The notes below the pieces were generated by a model. That model made no database searches, was not told the DNA's origin, and saw only the letters and a list, made by a program, of their open reading frames with translations. A stretch of 64,000 nt of DNA from Carcharhinus amblyrhynchos (taxonomy: Eukaryota), in NCBI GenBank assembly GCA_965287045.1, contig OZ336873.1, positions 103,416,001 through 103,480,000 on the forward strand, written 5' to 3'. Below are positions 12,250 through 25,199 of the stretch, one piece after another. A program made the position numbers and the translations under genes. Numbering within the stretch: position 1 is the stretch's first letter; every line of letters begins with the position of its first letter.

Positions 12250-13046
12250 TGGGGAGAATACTGGCAAGGAACTCTCCAGCTCCATTATCTCCAGATCTTG
12301 TGACATTAACTGCCAAATAAAGACTGGGTGTGGTTTGCACTGTCACGCTGGCAAAGCAGCGTCTCTCAGAGCTGGCACCGGCACCACTGAGTTTGTGGGA
12401 CTCTTTTTCCTCTCCTTCCACCATGCAGGTATCTGTGGCCTCCCCCACACTGCCCCCTATTGACTCTCCTCCCCACTGCCACGACTACCACCATTCTGAT
12501 CATCGCTGGCATCGGCCTCCTTATTTTCCAATCAGGGCCAGCATCCTCATTGCTCGCACTGTCTGCTGCACCCACCTCCCCCCCACCACAAATAGATGAG
12601 TCCTTGCATATGAGGCTCTCTTGCTGGCCCTGCCCCTGGTATCGGTTGGCAGTGACAATCTGGCAGTGCCAGCCTGTGCCAGGACAGAATCAGGACACTT
12701 CCTGGCCATGCGTCTCTTCCCAGGAGACCTTTGTGGCCAGGGAGGATACTCGGGACAGGTTTACATCTGAGTGAATCTGTCATAAACCTTGCTGATGTGA
12801 CGTCACACTGGTGAGATGTAGTAGATCTGCTGGGTGGATGTCTTTAACTCAATTCAAATTTATTGAAATGAATGCAGGTCAGGTTCTTTCCCAATATAGG
12901 CGCAAACTCAATTTTGTTGCCGAGGATGGGTGATGAAAATCCGAGATTGTAATCTCGCCTGTGAGATTCATGATTTATCCGCTTCACCAGATCTTGAGCC
13001 TCGCCAGTGATCTTGCAGACGGAGAGTAGAGGCTCAAGATCCCACC
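12250..13046. mobile_element. Non-autonomous DNA-transposon-like repeat (probably Harbinger-derived)
   Basis: GC/CpG-rich block with ggcagtgccagcctgtgccagg motifs, ends aagatcccacc resembling the window's TIR consensus; ORFs are non-informative. Confidence 0.5.
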
Positions 13047-14639
13047 AATAGTTCATAAACTAAAACTAAGTTGCTGTAATGATAATGTTGGAGGGAACCA
13101 TCAAATTATGCCAAAATATTAAACTCGAAATAAGGGCCTGAGTTATATTTTAAAATGGATACAAATCCCCAAGGATGGCTGGAATGTACAATCAGCTACT
13201 GAAAGGAATGGCTGCACGATGTTTCTGTAAGGGACATTGGAATCCCTCCCTGTGTTTCCAGAAAAGGTACCACCAAAAGTTTTATTACCATCTCCAGTAA
13301 AAATGAAGAAACATCATGGCCATCTCATCTCAAAAGCTCCTGTATATAATGCTTGGCAGACTAGTGGATTTCAGTTTACACTTGGAATATACAAAAATGG
13401 GGTTCAGAACCATCTGAAGGAGCTGCCCCAGACTTTATCTGTCTGTGCTTGTTCTGTGAGGATAAGCAGCTGGCAGTTTTTCCACACAAGGGGTGTGTGA
13501 TACAGTAATAGAAATAATGCCACCTCAAAAATACCATCTTTTGCAGGTATATCTTGAGTCTCTCTCTTTGACTGGAAAAGTCAACCCCAAGCAGTAAAAG
13601 GATGGTGGAGAATTTCTCTACCAAACCACATAACACTGAAATGAAGAATTAACTAGTCAATTCTACTGACCATCCGCCTACCAAAATCAACTCAATTGGA
13701 ATCAAGTTTTAATAGCCACACCCTTCATCAAATACCCCTCACAAGTCAAGGACTATTCCATCCATTTTTATTTCTATTAACTTACAGTTTGACTCAATTT
13801 CCCCTGCTAATCTGTATGAATGAATATGCATGTGTTTTACCATTTTCCTCCTTGCGTTTTTAATGGTTAAGAAACTCAATCTACCTTCAACGCGAGAATG
13901 CCTGGTTAAATCGGCAATTTTTTTAACATAGCTATTGGTTTTGTAAATTAACATAGCCATCAGCAAGCGAGTCTTGTTAGATTAAATATTGTTGCTACTA
14001 GCAAAGTGGGTGGGGGTGAGGTGGAGGGAGATGTGGAAGGCGGTGGAATCAAGATGAAGCCAGTCATCCCTCTTCACGTAGCTTCCTCAGAATTTGGGGA
14101 GGGGGGTGGTATCCGAGCCAGATAGGGACAAACCGAGGAGTCTTGTCTGAATCAACAATGCTTGAGGGTGGGAATAACATTGTCCTTAAAAACTTTGAAC
14201 AAACACAAGCAACCTTAATGTGACATCCATTTCATGAAGAAGACAAATGATCTGTCATGGCAGCGGTGCACTCAAAAACTAACAGTTTCATGGCATCTGG
14301 GTTGCTTCTTGAACAAACTGTCAGTTGTCTGGTAACAATTTCCACAACACTTGGTAAGTGCAGAGAACCAGTCGGTTTGTAACAGGGGCCAGAAGTCTCC
14401 AATACCGTCTGCAGCTGGGATGATCTGGCCTTGCTGTTGTGAGTGGAGATTTGGCAGCCAGGATATCACATTGTGCCAAATCATATACTTGATGCATTAA
14501 CTATCTACCAGACCAGAAAGCACAACTAAATAACTCAAATTTGGATAATTGTAATATGCAGGAAGAAAATTGCAGCCCTACTATTATTTCTTCGATATTC
14601 CTCAACCCAACATGGAATAACATGAGGCTGACAGCTTTC

Positions 14640-15225
14640 CATTCCCCTGTGGGATAATTTGATCAGAACACTTTGTATAATTGTTGCACTTAAAGCAATG
14701 AATGATGCAGCGCTAGTTCAAGGTTCAAGCCCAAGTGATTAAAGAGGCCTTGACTGGGGGGGGGGGCGGGGGGGAACGCAAAATTGACTGAGGGACAGAA
14801 ATTAAAGAGTAATGGTGAATGTTTGTTTTTCAGAATGGGGAAAAATATACACTGGGGTCCCCCAGTGGTCAGTTGATATATGTTATTGATCTGAACTTGG
14901 GAATGCAGTAATAATGTTAAAGTTTGCGGCTGACACCAAACTCCAAAACATACTAATCATTGTGGCGAACAGGCTTTAGGAGGAGGACATAGACAGATTG
15001 GTGAAATGGAAAGATGTATGGCAAATGAAACTTACATGGTGAACTAAAAAGCAAAATATAAAACCTTGATAGGATGAGGACAGGAGGTATAAACTAAATG
15101 GTACAATTTTAAAATGGGCACAGGAGTGGATAGGCTGGTGTATACGAATGTGTAAAAGTGGCAGGACAAGTTGAGAAAGGTGTTATGAAAACACATAGGA
15201 TCTTTTGCTTTATAAATAGAGAAAT
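14640..15225 (+). mobile_element. CR1 LINE RT fragment, old
   Basis: Degenerate RKLKSNGE..TGVPQWS..LKFAADTKL..DIDRLVKWKDVWQMK motifs of CR1 RT. Confidence 0.75.
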
Positions 15226-15611
15226 AGGGCAGAATTTTCTGCCAAAAAAAAGCAGGACTATTAGTGAATCCAGAACCCATTTGATTCATCAGCAGCCTTA
15301 ATGAAAGGTCTTTCACCAAGCTTTGGCGTTGTGATCTTTCCTTAGGGTAACTCAATTCAAACAATTAGGGAGGGAGGGTTGCAGAATGACACAGTAAATC
15401 ATGCAGTTAAGGATTGCTATTTAAAATGACCCCAGTGGGATTCACAATGGCTGTAGCAAGTATAGCACTGAGAGTATCATTGGGATGGAATAAAACTGCT
15501 GCAGGATAGAAACAAGACGTGGAAGACTGCTCAGCAAATCCCCACCCCCTCCACTTTGGTCCACAGAAGTGCCTCGGAAGGTAAGGAAGGATGCAATCAA
15601 GGCCAGAAGAG

Positions 15612-16236
15612 AAATGTGGCGACCAGAACTGTACGCAATACTCCAACTGCGGCCGCACCAGAGTTTTTTACCGTTGCAACATGATCTCACAGCTCCGAAA
15701 TTCAATCCCTCTACCAATAAAAGCTAACATACCATATGCCTTCTTAACAACCTTATCAACCTGGGTGCCAACTTTCAGGGATCTATGCACATGTACACTG
15801 AGAACTCTCTGCTTGACGACACTACCGAGAGTCCTTCCATTAGCCCTATATTCTGTAATTCTGTTACTCTTTCCAAAGTGAATCACCTCACACTTTTCCG
15901 CATTAAACGCCATCTGCCACCTCTCAGCCCAGCTCTGCAGCTTATCTGTGTCCCTCTGCAAACCGTAACATCCATCCTCACTGTCTACAACTCCTCTGAC
16001 TTTAGTGTCATCTGCAAATTTACTAACCTTTCCTTCTACATCCTCATCTAGGTCATTTATAAAAATGACAAACAGCAGTGGCCCCAAAATAGACCCCTGC
16101 GGTACACCATTAGTAACTGAACTCCAGGTTGAATATTTCCCATCAACCACCACCCTCTGTCTTCTATCAGCTAGCCAATTCCTGATGCAAACTGCTAAAT
16201 CACCCTTAATCCCATGCATCTGTACTTTCTGCAGTA
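15612..16236 (-). mobile_element. CR1 LINE RT-domain fragment, relatively young
   Basis: ORF 15668-16294: LLQKVQMHGIKGDLAVCIRNWLADRRQRVVVDG..GVPQGSILGPLLFVIFINDLD..SKFADDTK; continues RPQLEYCVQFWSPH after a frameshift. Confidence 0.95.
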
Positions 16237-16237
16237 A

Positions 16238-16435
16238 AGCAGGAATATAGCACTGAGGCACTAGATCCAGTATTGAGAAGCAGGAATGTAGCACAGAGGC
16301 ACTGGATCCAGTATTGCGAAACAGGGGTGTAACACTGAGGAACTGGATTCAGTATTGAGAAGCAGGAATGTAGCATTGAGGAACAGGATCCAGTATGAAG
16401 AAGCAGAGATGTAACACTGAAAAACTGGATCCAGT
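16238..16435. repeat. 41-bp minisatellite, ~4.8 copies
   Basis: Unit agcaggaatgtagcactgaggcactggatccagtattgaga starting at 16238, 16279, 16320, 16361, 16402; head-to-tail with no spacers. Confidence 0.95.
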
Positions 16436-16737
16436 TCTGCAAAGCCCTTGTTGACCTGGCAAGTTTGGGTAAGTTGAGTGTCCTACTTTCAGTTTACAGC
16501 TACTCTTTCACTTCCCTATCATTCTGTTGCACTGCACTCCTCTGACTGACAGACTTACAGCTACCTATATAGCTTTCTCTGCAAAACAGGTAAAATGATA
16601 CCTTAAAAAAGAGGATGTTTACATAAAATAAACACATTGAGTAGATATGCAATTCCCGTTTGATTTTGCATCCAGAATAATTATTCCACACGTGGTGCTC
16701 TCCGCTACCACTCTTGGACTTGTGTTCTCTCCTGCAG

Positions 16738-16826
16738 GTGGAGGAAATGCAGAAGTGTCACACGGGGATGACTTTGCAGGAGAGAGAGAAAGTGAGCCAC
16801 GGTTTATGCCTGACCAATGAACTTGA
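16738..16826 (+). other. Candidate isolated exon (coding or lncRNA), unassigned
   Basis: Acceptor cttgtgttctctcctgcag|G, donor ga|gtgagt; 89 nt, open as VEEMQKCHTGMTLQEREKVSHGLCLTNEL; no recognised homology or partner exons. Confidence 0.25.
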
Positions 16827-16876
16827 GTGAGTGTTTTCAAAGCACCTGAGCCCTATGGTTCTAGACTTTGGAATTA

Positions 16877-18370
16877 TGTTCTGGCTCCGTGATCGACCAG
16901 GATGAAAAGAGAGACAAGTGGGTGACACAAAAAGCCAAATTTTATTCAGGAAGGAATTAAATTAATCATACCTGTGAACATGTATATATAACCATGCTAT
17001 GGAAGGAAGAGACTATAATGACATAATGGATTCTTTTAGGTTTACACAATTTTATACAATTCCCAACCACCCTTCCTCAACACTTGGCTAATTGGAGATT
17101 TCTGAAGACTGTAGATTATACTCACCACTCCTGGGGTCAAAGAGGCAGCGCTGTCTTTCAGAAAAGGTCAGGGCCATCTTGCCTTCAAGGGACGTGCACC
17201 TTGGTTGTGTGGTCAGGTCGGCATAAAAAATCTTTGCTGTGCAACCCAGGCCTTCAGTCTGGGGTTGTGTCTGAAAATGTGATTTCGTGTGTCCTGGATC
17301 TTTGCTGGTAAATACTTGTTGAGTTTCTTTCTTTGGTCATTGAAGAATAATCTTAGAATCAGTTGTTGGACCTGATAAGGAACAAGGCTGTAACTCAGTC
17401 AAAGTTGGTTTGTTCTGTTTGGAGAAGAATCCCTGGCTGTGGAGCAGTGAACAATCCATCTGCTCTGATTAAAAGTCTCTTGTACTTTGTCTTTGTCTGA
17501 TTTTAAAAGATGTAGCCTTTGAATTTGCAGCAGGCTTCTCCAAACGGTCGGTTGAATTTTGATGATTGCTTGGAGCTGATGAGGTGCAAAATGGTTTTGA
17601 TAGTCCCCAGGAGGAAATTTGGCATGTCAGCTACGACTCTCGCCAACTTTTACAAAAGCATTCTTTCTGGTTGTATCACAGCTTGGTATGGGTCCTGCTC
17701 TGTCCAAGACCATAACAAACTACAAAAGGTTGTGAATGTATTCCAGTCCACCACACAAATAAGCCTCCCATTCAATGACTCTTCTGTACTTCTCACTGCC
17801 TTGGCAAAGCAGCCAGCATAATTAAGGACCCCATGCACCCGGACATTCTCTCGTCCACCTTCTTTCGTCGGGAGAAAGATACAAAAGCCTGAGGTCATGC
17901 ACCAACCAACTCAAGAATAGCTTCTTCCTTGCTGCTGTCAGGCTTTTGAATAGACCTACTTAGCTATAAATATAACACTACATCCTGCATTCTCTCGTTT
18001 CCTTCTTTATGGAGGGATTCTCTGTCTGTATAGCGTGCAAGAAACAATACTTTTCACTGTATGCTAATACATGTGACAATAATAAATCAAATCGAATCAA
18101 ATTGATTGCCTTCCCATTGAGATAATTTTGCACGACACGTTTGGGGTCTAAACCTGTTGGATTTCACAGACAACATGAAGTCTATAATGTGTGCCATCCA
18201 TAGATGTTGCAATGGTAACATATTTAATCAGGTCTAGCAGGGCCTGTTTTGAAACACAGAATTTTAAGTATGTCCGTCTTTCAGCCAGTTTTGTCTATAT
18301 TCCACATATTGTATTAATGTCCATTAAAAGGTGGATTTACCTTATCTTCAATAATTGTGTGAGAATATTG
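16877..18370 (-). mobile_element. LTR-like repeat interrupted by a Rex1/Babar LINE
   Basis: Begins tgtt, tttatt at ~16942, T-rich core, X-box-like gttgcaatggtaac (18206-18219); same layout as 657-1683. Confidence 0.35.
17608..18102 (+). mobile_element. Rex1/Babar LINE 3' fragment
   Basis: RRKFGMSATTLANFYKSILSGCITAWYGSCSVQDHNKLQKVVN (DUF1891-type C-terminus); tail ttttcactgtatgctaatacatgtgacaataataaa(tcaaa)n. Confidence 0.9.
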
Positions 18371-18404
18371 AGTTTGAGAGGAAGACTAGGGAGGCTGCAT
18401 ACTT

Positions 18405-19690
18405 CTTGGAACTAAATGGGGTAAAGAATCTGGGGTTACTGATGCGCAAGTCACTAAAAGTAGAGCACATGTTGAGAAGGCCATGATGTAAACCAGCCAA
18501 GTGCTGAGGTTCGTTTCTAAAATGGTTGGATTAAATAGCAAAGATGTGGTTGCTATACTTATATCAAATCTTGATTAGATCATCCTTGGAGTACTGTGCA
18601 CTACGTATCACAGAAAATGACATCAAGGCCCTGGGCAACACAGATAACAAGGATGATATTTGAATTGAGACAATATACTTATCAGAAAAGGTAGGTGGGT
18701 CTGGGTAACTTTTCTCTGGAAAAATTAAGTCCGAGGGGTGAAGTCCTGCTATTAATAAAAGCAAAAGAGTTTGAATTGGTAAACAGAGAAGATGTTCCCA
18801 CTAGTGTGGCAGAGTGTAAGACAGGGAGGGAACTTTAGCATAAAGCTGTCACCAGTAATATCAAAAGGGAATTCAGGCGGAACCTGTTGATTCTGAATGT
18901 GGGACTCAATAATGCAAAGGATAGAACTTTGTGGTCTCTTGTCCTCCAATCTGCCCCTGACATGTTCATAATTTTACATGAGCCACCTTTCAACAATTGA
19001 GGCCCTTAAGTGGCCAATTATTGCCCAGGGGCAATGCGTAAGCTGGGCAGGACACTGTGTTCAAGCCTTGGATTGCCTCCCTCAACAATCCCCTTTCCAC
19101 ATGGGATGGTCCTCCTAAGGGCTGACCCCACTGGTGCCTTCTCCTCACATGGCCTCTCCACTAAGGCACACACCAGTCCCCATCCCCCCCACAGCCTTAT
19201 CTCCCCTCCCCCTGTGAGACCCTTGTAATGACCTGGTCCTGAATTCCAGTGCTTCGAATGTAGGGGCTACTTGCAGTCCCAGTCCTGTTCACTGCTGCCA
19301 CTGGTGCTGCACTAAAATTGACCAGCAGCTCTGAGGTTGGAATTCTGCCTCAGTGAGGTCAGGGGGTAAATCCAGCTAATTAACAAACCTCGGAGCATTA
19401 CATGGCCATAGCGCAACTGTGATCCATGGATATACATTCCCTGCCTACTCTTCCAATGCTGAAATATGAAACTCCACCATTTGAAAAATCCTGCACAAGG
19501 ACTAGTTGAGGCAAAGAGCATTAATGCAATTAAGCAGCTGCAAGATAAACAAATGGTGAACAAAAAAAGAGTTATGCTGATAGGATTAGATGAAGAGGGG
19601 TGGAAAGAGGCGCGGGTGGAGCATAAGCACTGACATGGACCAGTTGGATATGTTGACCTGTTTCTGTGCTATACATTCAATCTATTTCTA
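18405..19690 (+). mobile_element. Old CR1 3' fragment split by a MITE-like insertion (~18915-19495)
   Basis: KNLGLLMRKSLKV..LYQILIRSSLEYCA motifs; resumes gttgaggcaaagagcattaatgca..gacctgtttctgtgctata; insert ends aaaatcctgcac (TIR-like). Confidence 0.65.
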
Positions 19691-19699
19691 GTTTAAAGT

Positions 19700-19935
19700 T
19701 TTAAAAGCTTATTTATTGGTGTCACAAGTAGGCTTACGTTAACACTGCAATGAATCACTATGAAAATCCCCGAGTCGCCACACTTCGGTGCCTGTTTGGG
19801 TATACTGAGGGAGAATTTAACATGGCCAATGCACCTAACCAGCACATATTTTGGACTGTGGGAGGCAACCAGAACATCTGGAGGAAATCCATGCAGACAC
19901 GAAGAGAATGTGCAGTGTCACAAGCTGGGAATTGA
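19700..19935 (-). mobile_element. V-SINE with Rex1/Babar-like tail, partial
   Basis: tttattggtgtcacaagtaggcttacgttaacactgcaatgaa...tgtgggagg...gctgggaattgaac. Confidence 0.85.
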
Positions 19936-20354
19936 ACACTATGTAACTCTATGTAACCTAAGCGGCGATTGTAACTCAGCCATCAAATTCAGACACACAA
20001 ACAAAAACCTATCCTTTGGCAGCCACTCTCCTTAAATAATTATATACGAGTCACAGCACAGCACCTAAAGTTTCTTTTAGTAAGTTCTACAGATGCCTAT
20101 CAACATCCTTAACTGTGTTTCTCAGTTTGGTGGAGCAATCTAAGCTAACATTAAACACTCTTCCCATTTGATGTGCATCTCCAAAATGTTCTGTTTACTG
20201 TGGCTATGATCACTGGTTTTAAATTTATGTGAAGAAAAGGGTGAAATCATGGAATGCAGTCCCCAAAGAGAAGTTAACATTTTTGGAATCCCTATATTTT
20301 AAGTTTTAAGTTATTGTAAAGCTATGACTCTGATCATACCTTTATAGATTTTTA

Positions 20355-20628
20355 AAGCTTAAAGTTCATTTATTGGTCATAAGTAAGGCTTACATTAACA
20401 CTGCAATGAAGTTACTGTGAAATTCCTCTAGTAGCCACACTCCAGCACCTGTTCAGGTCAGTGCACCTAACCAGCATGTCTTTCAGAATGTGGGAGGAAA
20501 TTGGAGCACCCGGAGGAAACCCACACAGACATGGGAAGAACATGCAAACTCCACACAGACAGGGACCCAAGCTGGGAATTGAGCCCGGGTCCCTGGTGCT
20601 GTGAGACAGCAGTGCTATGTTGCTGCCC
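20355..20628 (-). mobile_element. V-SINE with Rex1/Babar-like tail
   Basis: tttattggtcataagtaaggcttacattaacactgcaatgaagttactgtgaaa...ggaggaaattggagcacccggaggaaacccac...ccctggtgctgtgagacagcagtgcta. Confidence 0.9.
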
Positions 20629-21199
20629 AGATTTACTCCATATGGAGTGGGTCTGGTAAAGTTTAGTTTATAAAGAAAGCCACTACATCCAGCATCAATA
20701 TTGTAGAATCTGAGAGCAAAAAATTGCAATCTTAGTGTTTCTCAGGAGAAAATTAAATCTTACCAAGAGCTCAGCAAAACATTTTGGATACTTCTTAACT
20801 CTTTCACTTGCTGTCTCATCTTATTTTTTGATGGTTTATTGAAGAAACAGTGCAACAACGCATGGCAAAGAGCTTAGAGAAAGAAGGAGACAATTTAGAA
20901 AAGATGCCAACATGAGTAATAACATGAGCAACACAGTAATAATTTATTAAAAACTAAACATAAAATGACACCTTGGATGAAGAAAAATATTAACTACAGC
21001 TTAAACATTTGCCTCGCAAATGTTAAATAATCCCCTTCCTTTTGGAAAGCAAATTGCAGTTCAGTACCTGAATAATCCTCGGTACAATCATTTTCTCCCC
21101 TATTTCTGAGGACTTCTGAACTTTAGTTGTTATATTCAGCCCGGAATACAGTGAAGAAATCTTTGACTGAAAATCTCTATCCAGACGATAGTCACCATT

Positions 21200-21625
21200 T
21201 AAGACCATAAGTTATAACAGCAAAATTAGGCCATTCGGCCCATTGGGTTGATAAGTTCCTCAACCCCATTCTCCTGCTTTTTCTCCCATAACCTTTCATC
21301 CCTTTACCAATCAAGAACGTATCTATCTCTGTCTTAAATATACTCAATGACCTGGCTTCCACAGTCTTCTGTGGCAATGAATTCCACAGATTCACCACCC
21401 TCTGGCTGAAGAAATTCCTCCTCATCTCAGTTCTATAGGGTTGTCGTTTTACTCCGAGTCTATGCTCTCGGTACCTTAGTCTTTCCTACTAATGGAAACA
21501 TCCTTCCCATGTCCAAGCTATCTAGGTCTTTCAATATTCTGTAAGTTTTAATGAGATCCCCCCTCATCCTTCTAAACTCCATCGAGTACAGCCCAGAGTT
21601 CTTAGATGCAACTCATACGTCAAGT
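21200..21625 (-). mobile_element. CR1 LINE 3' fragment
   Basis: MRRNFFSQRVVNLWNSLPQKTVEARSLSIFKTEIDTFLIGKGMKGYG (ORF track). Confidence 0.95.
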
Positions 21626-22959
21626 TTTTAATTACTAATTTCTAATTCAGAAGCCTTTGGGTGTTTATGATCTAAACTGTATGATTTATGATAGATAATT
21701 CTCTACTTAAAAAAATCAGAATGCATGTGAAATGATGACATGGCACAATTTACAATCTCTGGCATTAACTTAATGTCAACAGTTGTAGCTCAGTTGGTTA
21801 CCTGATTGCAAGGTCAAGGTGACCAACATACTTTATTAAAGGAAGATCCATTTTCTTAAAGGTGATATGACTTAATGTTGTGAAGCAGTCTATTTGGATC
21901 AATAGATGGCTTATACATACTAATTTAAACATGGATGCAGTTGTGCTATTCTTTTATTTGCTGCTCAAGCATGTTTTCTGTTCCTCATGTTCAGCATTTG
22001 TGTCCATGTGGGTATTGACAATATTTTTTAGCAATCCCTGTGTAAACATTGATATGGAAAGATTTCTCAGATTAAGGCTGCAGCATTCGTTTTCTCGCAT
22101 CCCTGGAAATATTGTACCGTAGGGAAATCAAAAACAAACAACAGAATTCCAGTGGTTATGAGTGAATTTAAAAATGCCCCATTTGTTCTGTATGCTCCAT
22201 TTGATACACCAGAACATTGTTCTTTCTGAAATAAAAATTGCACAAACGGCATTTAGCACTGTGTAATAAATTGTATGTAGCAAGAAGCTAATTACACTGA
22301 TAGGAGACAAGAAAAGATGGTGCAGGAGATAGAAAAAGTAAGTGGCAAAACAAGAAGTGAAATAAAACAGGGTAAACAAGAACACTGGTTCATTATTAAA
22401 AATGTAAGTCATAATGAAATGTTAAGAAATTTGGACGAGATTTCAAGTACTCTGATTCAAATCATCAACAGGGCCTGATTAAACATTGCTTAAAATAGCA
22501 AATGGCTAAAATATCAAGAGGAACACATTAAAACTTACTTAATCAAGGAATCTCTTTTCTGAATAAGTCACAGGATTGTTAAGTAACTTACCAGAGAAGG
22601 CTATAAAAGTGGAGAGTACAAATGAGTTCAAGTAACATGTGCATTTCTAGAGAGAAAGTGATCGAGGGATCTAATGAGGAAACAGGTGGTAGGTAGGTCT
22701 ATCATACAGTGACTGGCTAATTAGGTTTCACAGCTTTTTCATGTTGCTAAAGGAAATCTGACCTTCTAGAATGGCTTGAGCGAAGCCATCCTATGATTTT
22801 ATAGCTCTGGGGAAGTACCTTTGGCAAAACCATACAAAAATGTGTAGTATAAGGGTGTTCAACCTCGCAAAGGTTACAATGAGAATGGAGAACAGTTCCA
22901 CCCACATTGTGATGTGGAGAGTCACAGGATGGTAGATCATGTATAGAGAGAGCCTGAGA

Positions 22960-23090
22960 GAAGATAGTACCTTGTCAGAGCTATACCTCGAGCAAAAACT
23001 GATAGCCAAGTCCCACACACATGAGGACGGCCTCAACTGGGATCTTGGGTTCATGCCACACTATCTGTAGCCCTCTCCAAACACCCAAAC
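22960..23090 (+). mobile_element. Penelope-like element, GIY-YIG endonuclease C-terminus remnant
   Basis: ctcgagcaaaaactgatagccaagtcccacacacatgaggacggcctcaactgggatcttgggttcatg = LEQKLIAKSHTHEDGLNWDLGFMPHYL*, matching the E..LI......GLN end motif. Confidence 0.75.
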
Positions 23091-24029
23091 AACTTTATAA
23101 TGCAATGTCATTCTTCAGTGCTCACAACTGAGAAATCAAAGGGAGGAAACTTCAGTCAACGTACAATATGAACTTTATTGACAAATCTTGACCATACTGC
23201 TGGTTTATATTTTTTTTTGGGCTGAGACTCAAATTCTTTGGGAACATTTTTAGGTTAGTCTGAGGTTTTGCATACATCTCAAGATTATTCACACAACACC
23301 CACTTGTCAGCCGTATGTTGGTGTAATGAACAGCTTTGGTTGTAAGGTATTTAACAAAAGAATGGAAACATTTTATTGCCTCAGAATTTGTTTCACTTTC
23401 TATAGGGATTCCTGGAACAAACATCCAGAGGGTCAAATTAATCATATTCATTCCTCCACCAATCCTGCTTTGAGGAATTCTTTATTTAAAGGCCAATTGG
23501 GAGCCTTCAGTTTTCCCGCTTCAGCTGTGGGAACAGCTTGGTTTCTCCTTTGTTCTTCAATATTTAAACTCAGAGTTGCTGTACAAATGTGTCTCCGACC
23601 AATCCATACAAAGCAGTGCATCAATGCAATCACTTTCACTGTGGATGTGTTAACTTTTCCAAACACTATGAAGCAAAAGCTTCAATAACTTCAATAAGTT
23701 GATTTTGCGATATTCTTACCCTCAATAGAAAGCCCTGCAAAAATGAATAGTTCATGTGCTTCATTTAAATGCCTTAAGCACAGGAGTTGCTAGTAGCAGT
23801 CACTTACGATAAACATGCCTTGTTGTCTGAATAATTTCTGAAAGTATTTACTTAAGAACAATTTATGCTTTCCTTCCAAGTTTACTTTATTCTGCCATGT
23901 TCTTTTGAACTATTCTCCAGGTAAAAAATATAACGGCAATGATGGATTAAGGTGCTTAAGTGGCCATTAATTGGTCTTTTGAGGGCCTCAATTAGCCCAG
24001 GATGGGGTGGGTGGTGTGTGTTGGAGCAC

Positions 24030-24320
24030 TCAGTGCATCCTCATTGTTCTCTCTTCCACATTCATCCGTCGGGAAAAACATGCAAAAGTCTGATGTCACA
24101 TATCAACCGACACAAGAACAGCTTTTTCCCTGCTGCTGTCAGACTTTTGAATAGACTTACCTTTCACTACACCATAGCCATGACTGTAACACTACATTCT
24201 GCACTCTCTCATTCCCTTCCCTATGAACGATATGCTTTGTCTGTATAGTGCGCAAGAAACAATACTTTTCACTGTATATTAATTCATGTGACAATAATAA
24301 AACAAATCAAATCAAAAATC
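24030..24320 (+). mobile_element. Rex1/Babar LINE 3' end
   Basis: HPHCSLFHIHPSGKTCKSL..NRHKNSFFPAAVRLLN; tail ttttcactgtatattaattcatgtgacaataataaaacaaatcaaatc. Confidence 0.9.
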
Positions 24321-25098
24321 AAGATTTTATGTCCCCCCCCACCCCCGCCAGCTCAACCCAATGACTTTGGTGTCATCCCCAACTCAGGCAGGTCATATTA
24401 TGAACTTTCAGTAAATGGTTTTAAAAATTGGATACAAACAAGCTGCCAACATTGCTGCAGCAAACCATATGACCTTTAGCATTTGACCACAGACATCATC
24501 ACATCTCTGACGAATACTTAATTAAATATGGACATGGTGAGGACAGTCATTTGTGGAATTCACACAGTGCATTATTTAAGGATAGACCAAAACTTAAAGA
24601 CTACAGAGTTTCCAGACTGTGTGTCTCCATGATTCACACTGGATAATAGGGAAGATTGAATCTCCAATATTGACTTCCCATTTTATTACAATGGTCTTAG
24701 TATCCAGACTAGATTGGGTGGGCCTCAGAAGTGTAATCCAGTGGTCATGTGATTGAAACTGGTTTCAGGGACTACTCTCTTATTACAATCAGGTGCATTA
24801 GAACCATCCACTGCCAGCCAATCTGAGAAGCAGAATCAGAAACTAGCTGCAAGCCATCCAGCAGACAAGGTACTTAACCTCTTCCTGTTTCAAAGTTCAA
24901 CTGAGAACAACCTGCAAGATATTTGATGACAAGAAACCTGTCAACCTGCTGCCAACCCTTTGCATTACAAGATCCTCACTTCAACCTTACATCTTCAAAT
25001 TCATTCAAGAAATCACAGGCTTGCCAAGGGCAGCAGGAAATCAGAGGCTGAATTAATTGTAATCTGTAATAGTGCACTATCTTTATCTGTACAAAATT

Positions 25099-25162
25099 TG
25101 TGTATGTATGTGTATGTGTGTGAGTGTGTATGTGTGTGTGTGTGTGTGGGTGTGTGTGTGTG
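25099..25162. repeat. (GT)n microsatellite, imperfect
   Basis: tgtgtatgtatgtgtatgtgtgtgagtgtgtatgtgtgtgtgtgtgtgtgggtgtgtgtgtgtg. Confidence 0.95.
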
Positions 25163-25199
25163 ATACCAAATGTGTGGCATTGTGCTAATTCAGGGTGAG

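Noticed and set aside
14756-14775. Poly-G run as functional G-quadruplex
   Set aside because: Simple G-run inside a decayed CR1; no evidence of function.
15668-16294. 208-aa ORF as a host reverse-transcriptase gene
   Set aside because: Truncated CR1 RT; its N-terminus is read-through from the minisatellite.
16238-16435. CRISPR-like array
   Set aside because: Units are contiguous 41-bp tandem copies without unique spacers; vertebrate context; no cas genes.
22032-22122. Possible terminal exon following 16738-16826
   Set aside because: Weak acceptor, no recognisable homology; joining would be speculation.
23152-23688. Overlapping 72-120 aa ORFs as coding exons
   Set aside because: No recognisable domain, no convincing splice sites, lengths compatible with chance.
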